Shown here one piece after another: positions 16,893 through 25,175 of a DNA stretch of 32,000 nucleotides (position 1 is the stretch's first letter; each line of letters opens with the position of its first letter). Source of the stretch: Candidatus Iainarchaeum sp. (GTDB lineage Archaea > Iainarchaeota > Iainarchaeia > Iainarchaeales > JAZDEL01); contig JAZDEL010000010.1 in NCBI GenBank assembly GCA_043808785.1, positions 90,001-122,000 of the forward strand, in the 5' to 3' direction. Below the pieces are notes generated by a model that was not told the DNA's origin, ran no database searches, and saw only the letters and a list, made by a program, of their open reading frames with translations. A program made the translations under genes and the position numbers.

Positions 16893-17492
16893 ATGCCTGA
16901 GATTTCGGTTCTGGTCGACGGGGGAAAAGCGACTGCTTCCGCTCCCTTGGGCCCTGCTTTGGGGCCTTTGGGCGTTGACATAGGCAAAATAGTCGCGGAG
17001 ATAAACCGCAAGACAAAGGCGTATGAAGGCATGAAGGTGCCCGTGAAGATTTCCGTGGATTCCTCATCCAAAGATTTCGAGGTTACGGTTGGTTCGCCCC
17101 CCATGAGCGGGCTGATAAAAAAGGAACTCAAGATAGAAACCGCCGCAAAGAACCCGAAACTTGAGCAGGTAGGCAACCTTACCCTTGAACAGGCGAAGAA
17201 AATCGCGCTTATGAAGCTGGACGGCCTCAAATCATACAAATTAAAGAGCGCGGTTTGCGAGGTTGTGGGGACGTGCAACAGCATGGGCGTAACCATCGAG
17301 GGCATGCCCGCAAAGGAGTTCCAGAAGGAACTCGCCTCGGGAAAGTACGACTCCGAGTTTTCGGGCACGCCTGCGGCGGAGCCCGCACCTGCTGCGGAAA
17401 CGCCCGCAGAAAAGGAACCCGCCGGGCAGCATGAAGCCGCCGCAGGAGCGGAAACCGATGAAGCTAAAAAGCGGGAAACGCCCGCGGAATAG
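16893..17492 (+). CDS. rpl11: 50S ribosomal protein L11 with a ~43-aa Ala/Pro/Glu-rich C-terminal extension
   Basis: VLVDGGKATASAPLGPALGPLGVDIGK is the hallmark L11 N-domain. SD ggagggg lies about 10 nt upstream of ATG 16893. The canonical end (...SGKYDSEF) is followed by SGTPAAEPAPAAETPAEKEPAGQHEAAAGAETDEAKKRETPAE. Confidence 0.9.
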   Translation: MPEISVLVDGGKATASAPLGPALGPLGVDIGKIVAEINRKTKAYEGMKVPVKISVDSSSKDFEVTVGSPPMSGLIKKELKIETAAKNPKLEQVGNLTLEQAKKIALMKLDGLKSYKLKSAVCEVVGTCNSMGVTIEGMPAKEFQKELASGKYDSEFSGTPAAEPAPAAETPAEKEPAGQHEAAAGAETDEAKKRETPAE

Positions 17493-17500
17493 CCTCCCAA

Positions 17501-20500
17501 TCAGCCCTGCCAGTTCTCGTAGTAGCCCTGCTTGAAGCCGCGGACTATGAAATTAACCAGCTTTGCCATCGGCATACTTGTGTCGCCCTTTTTCCATTTC
17601 TCGATTGCCGCTATGAGTTCCTGCAGCGAGAACTTTCCGTCCCCGTCCGCATCGAGCCATTCCTTAATGACGCACTTCGCGTAGCAGGGCTGCGGTTTCC
17701 TCGTGCACACCTCTCCCGCGGAGCAGTCGCTGTTAAGCGCACACGCCGGCGTTTTGCACACGCCGCCGCACTCAACCTCGCCCTGGGCGCATCCCTCCGT
17801 GCACTTTGTGCCCTGCCACACGCCCGAGCAGCAGTAGCCGGTGCTGTAATCCGCAGAGCCGCAGGCACACGTCCCCGTTATCTGCATGCCGTCAGTGCAG
17901 GGCGGGTTGGCGCCCGTCCTGTAAACGCTGAAAGAGCCGCCGCCCGCCGCCTCGAACTGGAGCACGCCGTGTGAGGATGCGGATATGCCCGCCGAAACGG
18001 TTTCGGCGCCCCTTTTAACGGTGTAAATGCCGGGCGCAAGGTTGAAAACGAAGTGCCTGCCCGCGCCGGAATACGCTGCGGAATAAGTTGCAGAGGTGTG
18101 CGGTGTCGCATCCTCATCCGAGAACAGCACGACCCTCGTGAGCCCGCTGTCCCTGATAAGGGCGCCGTACATCTTGCCGGCTGAGCCCGAGCCCTGCAGC
18201 AGTTCCGCATCCACAGCCTTGGCTTCCTTTTTTTCCGTGTCGGGGACAAGCCGCATGACGTGCAGGTAGTTGTCCTTTGCCTTGTTGTTCTTTGCGGAAA
18301 CCTCGAGCCTCCAGTTGCCGTTCTTTGGATAGTATTCGGGGCAGATGTTCTTCTGCAGCTCGTCCTGCCAGCACTCGTATCCATCGCCCCCCACAAGCCT
18401 GTAAGTTGCCTGCGCAGGCAGGAGGGTCTTGCCGCGCAGCGCGGCGCCGTAGTAATCTATGCTGAAGGCTGATGCATCCATGGTGCATATTCCCGCCTCC
18501 TCTGTCCCTGGATTGCAGTTCATGTTCTGCGCATCCGTGATTTCGGGCTTGGGATTTGTGTGTATCTGCCACTTCTCAACAAGGCTGCCGCTGAGGGTTT
18601 CCGTCCTGTCGAAAATAACGAGGTACTGGTCGCCGCCGCGCAGGTATGCAAGCTCGCGCTCGTAAACCGGGAGCTTCGTGTAATAGTCGTCCGCGCTTGA
18701 CTTGAATATGCGGTATGCATTCGCCGCATCGCCCGCAACGTAGGAGAAGTGCTTGTCATCTGATTCAAAGCGCAGGGTTTCGCCCGCGTCCCAGGCGTCC
18801 CGGTACTTTAGGTAGTCGCCCAGCGTGTAAACCCACTTCGCGCCGTTGCCGAGGAACTTGAAGTCGCGCTGCCCGCCCTCGTTTGCGTAGCCCGTGTCCT
18901 TGAACAGGTTGTGCCACGCGCGGTTTTCGCCGTAGCCGTCCCCGTCCCCCGCGGAACTGTCCTCTGTCTCGTCGTAAACGGTGAACGTGTTCGTCGAAAG
19001 CGTCCTGCCGCCGTACTCGCGGTGGTCGTGGTAATCATCGGAGCCGCCGTACGCGCCGCCCCAGTTTATGACGTCCGGGGCCTTTCCGAGCAGGACCGAG
19101 AAATTGTTCTGCGCAAGCAGGAGCTTTTCCGAATACCACGGTCCAGCCCTGAACGCTATGTAAGTGCCGTCCGTGTCCCAGCCGTCGCGCATTGTCGTGA
19201 ATCCGCTCGTGGAGCCTGACCATGCGAGCGGAAGCCCTTCCAGTGCGCCGGGCTGCAAGGTGGGGTCGTAGAAGAGCGCATTGTAAGCCACTACGCCTTT
19301 CGAATAGTAGCCGGGCTTGATGTATGCGTTGTTGCTGGAGAGAATCTCGGGGTAGCGGCCGAGGAATTCGCTGAAGTAGCGCCCGTCCGCAGGGAAGTAG
19401 TCGCCGAGGAGGGTATATGCCGGGGTTTCATAAACAAGGTTGGCGTTAACGTGCTCGTCGCCGTTTGCAGGGTCAGTCGAGAAGTACGAGCCGAAGGTAA
19501 GGTGCCTTACCTTGCCCTTGTCGTTGGGGTTCGGGTTCCCGAGGTTGGGGTAGAGCTTGTGGAGCTGCACCTTCATCGCGTTCTTGAAGAACTTGTTACC
19601 CGTTATGTAATCCTCGCCGAGTGCGGTGTTCACTGCGTCAAGCGTTATCATAGTGTCCCTCAGCGCAGCCCCGCCGTACTGCTCGCTGCAGAGCCAGAAG
19701 CCGTCCGCCATCGCCGAGTCGAGGAACGGCACGACCTCGTCAACAAGGAAATCGTACGAATCAGCCATGTAATCCTCCGCCTTGCCGGAATCGCCGTAGA
19801 GCGCGATGCCGGCATAAAGCCCGGCGTACCTCTTCGCAACGCCGTAGTTCTGGATTACGTGGTCGTAGCAGTTGTTCGCGAGTATTGCGTCGCCGTTATC
19901 CTCGAGGTGCCCCTTTATGAACTCCTTTTCATCTGTGGAAAGGTAATCGTGGCAGAGGTCGTAGACAATGGCCATGCTGACCGTGTCTCCGGCGCGCATG
20001 CCGCAACTCCCCGGAAGCCCGCCGGGCTCGGCGATTACGAGGGAAACCGCCTTTTCGCAGTATTGGGGGTTCTTGTAGTAATGCGTGGCAATCGCAAGCG
20101 TAACCGGGTTCGCGTTGTAACGCGTGTCGTACTTCATCCCGTTCTTCACGCCGTTGTCGAAGCCCTTCCAGAAATCGTTGTCCGCTGCCTCGTTATTCGC
20201 GATGTTCTCAAGGCGCTCCGGCGTTATAAGGAGGCGCGGCCTCGGCCCGACGCTGAACACCCCGCCGGAAACCGCACAGCTCCCGTCCTGCCCACAGGTG
20301 TAGCCCGCGGGGCAGCCGCATTCCGCGCATGCCTGGGCGAGCGTGCCGCCAGTGCACTTGTACGGCTGCGTATCCGAGCACTCCCCGTACGCGGTTCCGT
20401 CGGAGCAGTACTGCTGCCCCCCGCCCTCTCCCACCGCCTCTGCAAGCAGTTTCAGGTTCTGGTTCATGCCGCCGGAACTGCCGGGGGAGAAGCTCCCCCA

Positions 20501-23500
20501 GTTCCCCCTCGCGGCGGCAACTATATTGAGGCTGGGAATAACAGTCACTATCTCCTTGTAGAAATGCCCGTTTGCCTGGAAGGTGTCCTCCGGCGCATCA
20601 GGCCACGCCCTCTTGCCCGTCGTGCCCACCAGGCCGTTGTGCCACCAGTTGAAGCCGTATATGCCGGGACCGTATGAAGTCTGGTCGGTCCCGCCGCCCA
20701 TGGTGCCTATGCCGAGGTAATCGTCGGTTCCGCCGGCTGTCCTCGGCATGGTTCCGGGCACGAGCGGCTTCATGTAACTGTCGAAGTATTCCCCGGGCAG
20801 CAGCTGCACGCCTTTCCAGTTTCCCCTGTTCAGCCAGAACCACCCTATGCGCGCAAAGTCCCGTGCCGTAGTGCTTACGCCGTAGCCTTCGCGCGAGGAG
20901 AAGAGCGAGCCGTCCTCGAACTGCAGCGCGCCCAGCCTGCCGGAGTCGAGTGCCACGGTGTTCGGCGTTTCGCCGTAAACACTGTCAAAAAGCGTGTGGT
21001 TGTAGAGGTTAATCGCATAGTCGTTGTAGCCCCAGCTCTCGCCCGCCGCCTCGGGGAGGGCATACGTGCTCGTCATGTTCGCAAGGTCCAGGAACGTCAT
21101 CTGCTGATCGCCGGAGTTCAGGCTTTTGCCCCAGAGATAGTTGACATGGGGCCCGACAAGGCTGTTGACGCCTCCTCCCAGCTTGCCTTCCTTTACGGCA
21201 AAAAGTAGCAGCGTGCTTGTTACGGGCTTTGCCGCGGATGCCCAGTCGGCTTTCGACGCCTGGTTGCCCCATTCCTTTACCACGTAGCCTTTGTAGACTA
21301 TTGTGCCCACACCCCCCACATTGCTCGCGAACTGGTCCAGCTTTGCGGCATCCAGCCCCATTTCCCCCGGGGTTCTCACTTCCCATGAGGCGCCTGGGAA
21401 CACTGTTTCAGGAGGTGCTCCCGAGGTTTTCTTTATGTAAAGCGCAACTTCATTTCCTGCTATTGCCGCATTCTTGGCAAATTCCTGGTTGCCTGAGGAA
21501 ATGGTTTTGGTTTCAGTGGCGGTGGTGCCTGCCGCGGTGTCGAGCCACTTGAGCGAATAAGTTCCCGCGCCCATGCCCTTGATGCCCATGTTCCCGGAAA
21601 GTGCGGAGGCGTATGCTATGTAACTGTCCCCGGGCTTTGCAAGCACGTATTCCGTGCCGCCGAATTTTAACTCGTCGTGCGGCGCCATCTCGTTGAAGTT
21701 CGTGCCTTCCATGAAATCGACAAGCCTGCCGCAGCCCTGCAGGTCGGAAACCGCGGTTCCGGCAATGTCCCAGCCGATTACCATTGAATACGCGCCGCCC
21801 ATGGCAATCGCCCAGTTCTTCTTCCTTGCTGTTGCCCCTGTGCCGTGGTTCTCGGCCTCGGACATGTTGAGGCTGTATTTGCCAGCTGCGTTGTCCCATG
21901 CGCTAACCATCGCGCTGTGAATCCCGGAAGCGCTCAGGCCGCCCTGCTGTATCGCGAACTGGTCGATGTTCGGGTCGTCGGGGAAATCGAACACGACTCC
22001 TGAATGCTGGTGCACCGCAACAACATGGTCGTGGTTGTCTGCAGCCTTTATTGCAGCGGCGATGCCCGAAACGCGCTGCTTGCCGCCGCTGCCGGGATAT
22101 GCCTCGCTGTACTCCTCCGCCACAACCCATATGAGGTGCTTGTGGTGCTCGAACCTGTCCACAATCCCGTCGATGAACGCCTTCTCCGCCGTTCCCACAC
22201 TGTTCCCGGACCATATCTTCGCATCGTCGTCGTAGAAGATTAAGAAAATTGCAATCCCGGCGTTGTCCATCTCCGTGAACCACGTTTCCCACTGGTTGAG
22301 TATGTCCTCGTCCAGCCCTTTCGAAGGGTCGCTGTCAACAAAGGGGTTCTGCGTGCCGTCGGAACCCGCATCTCCGCCGTGCGAGCGCACAATCTGCATG
22401 TAGATGCCGTTAGCGCCCGTGCCCTTTAGTTTGTTTATGAGCGCCATCTGGTCGCCGCTGCGCGTGCCGTCGGCATTTCGCGTGCCCCGATAGAGGAAGC
22501 CCTCCGGGTCGCCGGGGCCGCACATGAAGAACGGCCCGCCGCCGTAATATTTCAGCCACTGCGGGTTTGCGCTGTCAACAACAACCTGCCCCTGCACCGG
22601 CCCCGAGCCGCCTGAATATGCGCACGAGCCGTTCCCCTGGCAGGTGTAGCCCGCACTGCACCCGCACTGCGAGCACACATCAACAAGCGCCCCGTTAACG
22701 CACTTCTTCGGCTTCGTTGTTGAGCACGCACCGTAAGCGGTGCCGTCCGAGCAGTACTGCTGGCATCCCTCATCGGTGCTTCCGTCGCAGTCGTCGTCAA
22801 GGGAATTGCCGCATGTTTCCGTGCCGGGGTTTACCGCGCCTATGCACGAGCCCCACTCCCCGCCCGAGCATGTCTGCGCCCCGTACTCGCACACCCCGAC
22901 ATCCGTTGTCCCGCACTGCTGCGTTTCGCCGTTCGTGCACGGTCCCGAGGTTTCCTCGGCGCCGAAAGATACAAAGCCCTGCGGGTTTCCCTGATTCGTG
23001 TAGCTTGCCCCGATCCATTCTGCTGACCGCACCACATTCGAGAGCCGGATTTCGTCGAGGGTTCCCGCAAAGTAGTCGGACGTGCCCGTCCTTGTGCCTA
23101 TTGTGAAAACGTCGCTTCCCGGGTTGTCGTCCGCGCTGTTCCAGGAGGTTTCCTTCGCGCCGTTGAAGTAAATTTCGCTCGCCTGAGCCGCGCTGTCGTA
23201 TGTAAACGTCAGGTAGGTCCACGTATTAAGGGCAAGGCCCGACTTTGAGGCAGGCACGCTCCCCGCTGTGAAAAGGTCGTTGCTGACAGGGTCGCCCGCA
23301 AGCTGGTCCTGCCACGCAACCTCGAACGCGTCATCCCCCCCCATGAACCTCTGGCGCGTGCCGTCTGCATAATCCGCATACGCCCAAAACTCCAATGTGC
23401 CCTGCGCCGGGGGCGTGAAAGTTCCGCTCGCAGGTATTGCAATCGAATCGCTGTCGTTGTCGAAGTGGTCCGCGCCGCCTATCTTTCCCTGCGCGTTCTG

Positions 23501-24037
23501 GTTCAGGCCGTTCTTGGGCATGCCGTCCCAGTTGTTGGAGGTTGAATCGTAGTGGGTTCCGCTTGTTTCCTCGAGGTGGTGCACGAACGTGAATCCTGTC
23601 CAGGTATTGGCGGCGTCCTGCTGGCTGCCCGAGGACGCGTTGCCGTAATACATGTAAATAACGCTGCCGCTTGCAAGGCTCGGCACTTTTACCCACGCCC
23701 TCAGCACCTTTCCGCCCGTGTTGTATTCCTCGATCTCGTGGCTGAGTTTTGTCGTGCCGTCCGCGGCGGTGAACAGAATATCGTCCCCGTCGCTTTGCGC
23801 GTGCGAAAAGAGCGGGTTGGAAGCATTGGTTAGCTGCACGAGCACAGGGAAGTTTGAAAGCGTGCCGCTTACGCCGCCCGTTACGGTTATCTGCTGCCTG
23901 TACTGCCACGAATTGTTCCACCATCCGCCCTGGAATGCCGCGCCGAACATCCCCTCCTTTGGCGCCTGTGCGCACCCGCTAAGCAGGACAAGCAGGATAA
24001 GGATAAGGGCTGCAACGGGTGCAATTGTTGTTCTCAT
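17501..24037 (-). CDS. Giant (2178 aa) secreted multi-domain protein: DUF2341-like, LamG-like, Cys-rich modules, glycoside-hydrolase-like barrel, beta-lactamase-fold serine hydrolase, heparinase II/III-like region, and a C-terminal Cys-rich plus EF-hand/dockerin-like motif
   Basis: Signal/lipobox-like MRTTIAPVAALILILLVLLSGC. WQYRQQITV...NFPVLVQL...DILF...WVKVPS...IYMYYGN is DUF2341-like. LEFWAY...LDEIRLSNVVRSAEWI is LamG-like. LIWVVAEEYSE is GH-barrel-like. SAAK at aa 934-937 within VYKGYVVKEWG...LLLFAVKEGKL is an SxxK hydrolase motif. DADGDGKFSLQELIAAIEKW is a Ca-binding-loop-like motif. Domain calls by eye. Confidence 0.85.
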   Translation of the reverse strand: MRTTIAPVAALILILLVLLSGCAQAPKEGMFGAAFQGGWWNNSWQYRQQITVTGGVSGTLSNFPVLVQLTNASNPLFSHAQSDGDDILFTAADGTTKLSHEIEEYNTGGKVLRAWVKVPSLASGSVIYMYYGNASSGSQQDAANTWTGFTFVHHLEETSGTHYDSTSNNWDGMPKNGLNQNAQGKIGGADHFDNDSDSIAIPASGTFTPPAQGTLEFWAYADYADGTRQRFMGGDDAFEVAWQDQLAGDPVSNDLFTAGSVPASKSGLALNTWTYLTFTYDSAAQASEIYFNGAKETSWNSADDNPGSDVFTIGTRTGTSDYFAGTLDEIRLSNVVRSAEWIGASYTNQGNPQGFVSFGAEETSGPCTNGETQQCGTTDVGVCEYGAQTCSGGEWGSCIGAVNPGTETCGNSLDDDCDGSTDEGCQQYCSDGTAYGACSTTKPKKCVNGALVDVCSQCGCSAGYTCQGNGSCAYSGGSGPVQGQVVVDSANPQWLKYYGGGPFFMCGPGDPEGFLYRGTRNADGTRSGDQMALINKLKGTGANGIYMQIVRSHGGDAGSDGTQNPFVDSDPSKGLDEDILNQWETWFTEMDNAGIAIFLIFYDDDAKIWSGNSVGTAEKAFIDGIVDRFEHHKHLIWVVAEEYSEAYPGSGGKQRVSGIAAAIKAADNHDHVVAVHQHSGVVFDFPDDPNIDQFAIQQGGLSASGIHSAMVSAWDNAAGKYSLNMSEAENHGTGATARKKNWAIAMGGAYSMVIGWDIAGTAVSDLQGCGRLVDFMEGTNFNEMAPHDELKFGGTEYVLAKPGDSYIAYASALSGNMGIKGMGAGTYSLKWLDTAAGTTATETKTISSGNQEFAKNAAIAGNEVALYIKKTSGAPPETVFPGASWEVRTPGEMGLDAAKLDQFASNVGGVGTIVYKGYVVKEWGNQASKADWASAAKPVTSTLLLFAVKEGKLGGGVNSLVGPHVNYLWGKSLNSGDQQMTFLDLANMTSTYALPEAAGESWGYNDYAINLYNHTLFDSVYGETPNTVALDSGRLGALQFEDGSLFSSREGYGVSTTARDFARIGWFWLNRGNWKGVQLLPGEYFDSYMKPLVPGTMPRTAGGTDDYLGIGTMGGGTDQTSYGPGIYGFNWWHNGLVGTTGKRAWPDAPEDTFQANGHFYKEIVTVIPSLNIVAAARGNWGSFSPGSSGGMNQNLKLLAEAVGEGGGQQYCSDGTAYGECSDTQPYKCTGGTLAQACAECGCPAGYTCGQDGSCAVSGGVFSVGPRPRLLITPERLENIANNEAADNDFWKGFDNGVKNGMKYDTRYNANPVTLAIATHYYKNPQYCEKAVSLVIAEPGGLPGSCGMRAGDTVSMAIVYDLCHDYLSTDEKEFIKGHLEDNGDAILANNCYDHVIQNYGVAKRYAGLYAGIALYGDSGKAEDYMADSYDFLVDEVVPFLDSAMADGFWLCSEQYGGAALRDTMITLDAVNTALGEDYITGNKFFKNAMKVQLHKLYPNLGNPNPNDKGKVRHLTFGSYFSTDPANGDEHVNANLVYETPAYTLLGDYFPADGRYFSEFLGRYPEILSSNNAYIKPGYYSKGVVAYNALFYDPTLQPGALEGLPLAWSGSTSGFTTMRDGWDTDGTYIAFRAGPWYSEKLLLAQNNFSVLLGKAPDVINWGGAYGGSDDYHDHREYGGRTLSTNTFTVYDETEDSSAGDGDGYGENRAWHNLFKDTGYANEGGQRDFKFLGNGAKWVYTLGDYLKYRDAWDAGETLRFESDDKHFSYVAGDAANAYRIFKSSADDYYTKLPVYERELAYLRGGDQYLVIFDRTETLSGSLVEKWQIHTNPKPEITDAQNMNCNPGTEEAGICTMDASAFSIDYYGAALRGKTLLPAQATYRLVGGDGYECWQDELQKNICPEYYPKNGNWRLEVSAKNNKAKDNYLHVMRLVPDTEKKEAKAVDAELLQGSGSAGKMYGALIRDSGLTRVVLFSDEDATPHTSATYSAAYSGAGRHFVFNLAPGIYTVKRGAETVSAGISASSHGVLQFEAAGGGSFSVYRTGANPPCTDGMQITGTCACGSADYSTGYCCSGVWQGTKCTEGCAQGEVECGGVCKTPACALNSDCSAGEVCTRKPQPCYAKCVIKEWLDADGDGKFSLQELIAAIEKWKKGDTSMPMAKLVNFIVRGFKQGYYENWQG
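20273..20416 (-). repeat. 48-aa Cys-rich linker module, copy 2 (QQYCSDGTAYGECS...CGCPAGYTCGQDGSCA)
   Basis: Aa 1208-1255 of the giant protein. Same eight-Cys spacing as copy 1. Confidence 0.7.
22619..22762 (-). repeat. 48-aa Cys-rich linker module, copy 1 (QQYCSDGTAYGACS...CGCSAGYTCQGNGSCA)
   Basis: Aa 426-473 of the giant protein. About two-thirds identical by eye to copy 2 at 20273-20416. Confidence 0.7.
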
Positions 24038-24176
24038 TCGGTATAATCCTTCTACTTTCCCCTATTTATTAGTTGCGAATGCCCTCCCCCCCGTTTCGGG
24101 CTTTCGTCGGCATTTTTCCCAAAACCACGCGTTTTTTAAACATCAAAACCTCAGTATTTACGGAGGTGTTCCGGAA

Positions 24177-24470
24177 ATGCCTATATTGAAACCCCCGTTG
24201 CAGTCCCCTTACAGGCACGGTTGCAGAGTTTATTCCTCTCAGGAGGCGTATGCCGACGCTTTAAGGTTCTTCGGTAACGAGTTTTCCGCAAATTACTCCA
24301 AAATTGCCGCCGAGCAGCCCAAGCTCGCGCCGCAGTTGTGGGAACTTGAGCACATGCTCCCCGAGGAAAGGGAAGAGGAAATAGCGCGCCTGAAGGCGAG
24401 GGGCGTTGAACTGCCCGAAGGCTACAAGTTCGGCGAATTCGCGCATCTGGGGAAGGTTGTCGGGGAGTAG
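24177..24470 (+). CDS. Hypothetical protein (97 aa)
   Basis: ATG preceded by SD GGAGGTG about 8 nt upstream. Only this C-terminal part of track ORF 23718..24470 is accepted, because the rest overlaps the giant gene. Product: MPILKPPLQSPYRHGCRVYSSQEAY... Confidence 0.45.
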   Translation: MPILKPPLQSPYRHGCRVYSSQEAYADALRFFGNEFSANYSKIAAEQPKLAPQLWELEHMLPEEREEEIARLKARGVELPEGYKFGEFAHLGKVVGE

Positions 24471-24557
24471 GGTCGCGGCGCCCTTACGCAGGCGTGCGCC
24501 TAGCGCGCGAAAGGCAAACGGCATCTTTAAATACAAATTCGCACTTTTAATTAAATC

Positions 24558-24992
24558 ATGGAAAACACGGGCAAGGGCATATTTGAGGCCGCGTTAAAAG
24601 AGAACTTAATCAAAAATGCCGCAATCCTTGCCCTCGCATTCCTTTTCTATCCGCAAATCAGCGCAGGGCTTGGCGCGCTTGACAGCACAAAAATAGGCGA
24701 TTTCCTGCTGATTATAAGCATGCTGCTTGTAACCGCGTGCTTTGCGAATTTCGCTCTTTCATACGGGCATTTAAGGCTGGAGCAATTCGGATACAGGATG
24801 TTTTCGCACTTTTCAACATTCGTTTTCATGCTGCTGATTGCCTTCCTGCTTGAGGCGATAGTTATAGGCACAATCGTTGTTTACCCGTCGCTTGCGTTTA
24901 TTGTCATGGTTTTCTCGGCGCTGCTTTATTTAGGGGTTGCGCTTTACGACTTCTGGGACTTTTTCAGGGCGTTCAGCAAGCCCGCCAATTGA
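24558..24992 (+). CDS. Small integral membrane protein (about 4 TM), unknown function
   Basis: Hydrophobic segments AAILALAFLFYPQISAGLGAL, FLLIISMLLVTACFANFAL, FSTFVFMLLIAFLLEAIVIGTIVVY and LAFIVMVFSALLYLGVALY. TATA-like ctttaaatac about 30 nt upstream. Confidence 0.5.
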   Translation: MENTGKGIFEAALKENLIKNAAILALAFLFYPQISAGLGALDSTKIGDFLLIISMLLVTACFANFALSYGHLRLEQFGYRMFSHFSTFVFMLLIAFLLEAIVIGTIVVYPSLAFIVMVFSALLYLGVALYDFWDFFRAFSKPAN

Positions 24993-25042
24993 GGCTTTCG
25001 GAACCCCCCTGAAAACCTTTAAAAACCCTTCACACGGCATAG

Positions 25043-25052
25043 TTTATATTAA
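25043..25052 (+). promoter_or_regulatory. TATA-box-like element for the rpl1-rplP0-rpl12 operon
   Basis: tttatattaa lies in an otherwise GC-rich intergenic region, about 125 nt upstream of the rpl1 ATG. This implies a long 5' leader. Confidence 0.35.
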
Positions 25053-25175
25053 TGTAAATTAAATGGCTCAGTTTTAACGCCGTTTGCACTGCCTTTGGCA
25101 GGAGGTAATTACTTTGGGTAAACTCGGAGTCCTTGTTCGGCATTGCGTGCCTGAGGCACTTGCGGAGGCGGGAGC

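Noticed and set aside
16064-17500. Minus-strand ORFs 16064..16624 and 16853..17500
   Set aside because: They are antisense to secE/spt5 and rpl11, which are unambiguous conserved genes.
19451-20677. 408-aa plus-strand ORF, and many 60-170-aa ORFs on both strands, inside 17501-24037
   Set aside because: They are antisense or out-of-frame shadows of the giant gene. They are Arg/Val/Ala/Pro-rich, which is typical of high-GC non-coding frames. The minus-strand frame has coherent domain-like sequence throughout.
17501-24037. Diversity-generating retroelement targeting the giant surface protein
   Set aside because: There is no reverse transcriptase gene in the window. By eye I found no template/variable repeat pair with adenine-specific mismatches.
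23718-24176. N-terminal 153 aa of track ORF 23718..24470
   Set aside because: It overlaps the 5' end and promoter of the giant gene. A strong SD (GGAGGTG) precedes the internal ATG at 24177, which is taken as the real start.
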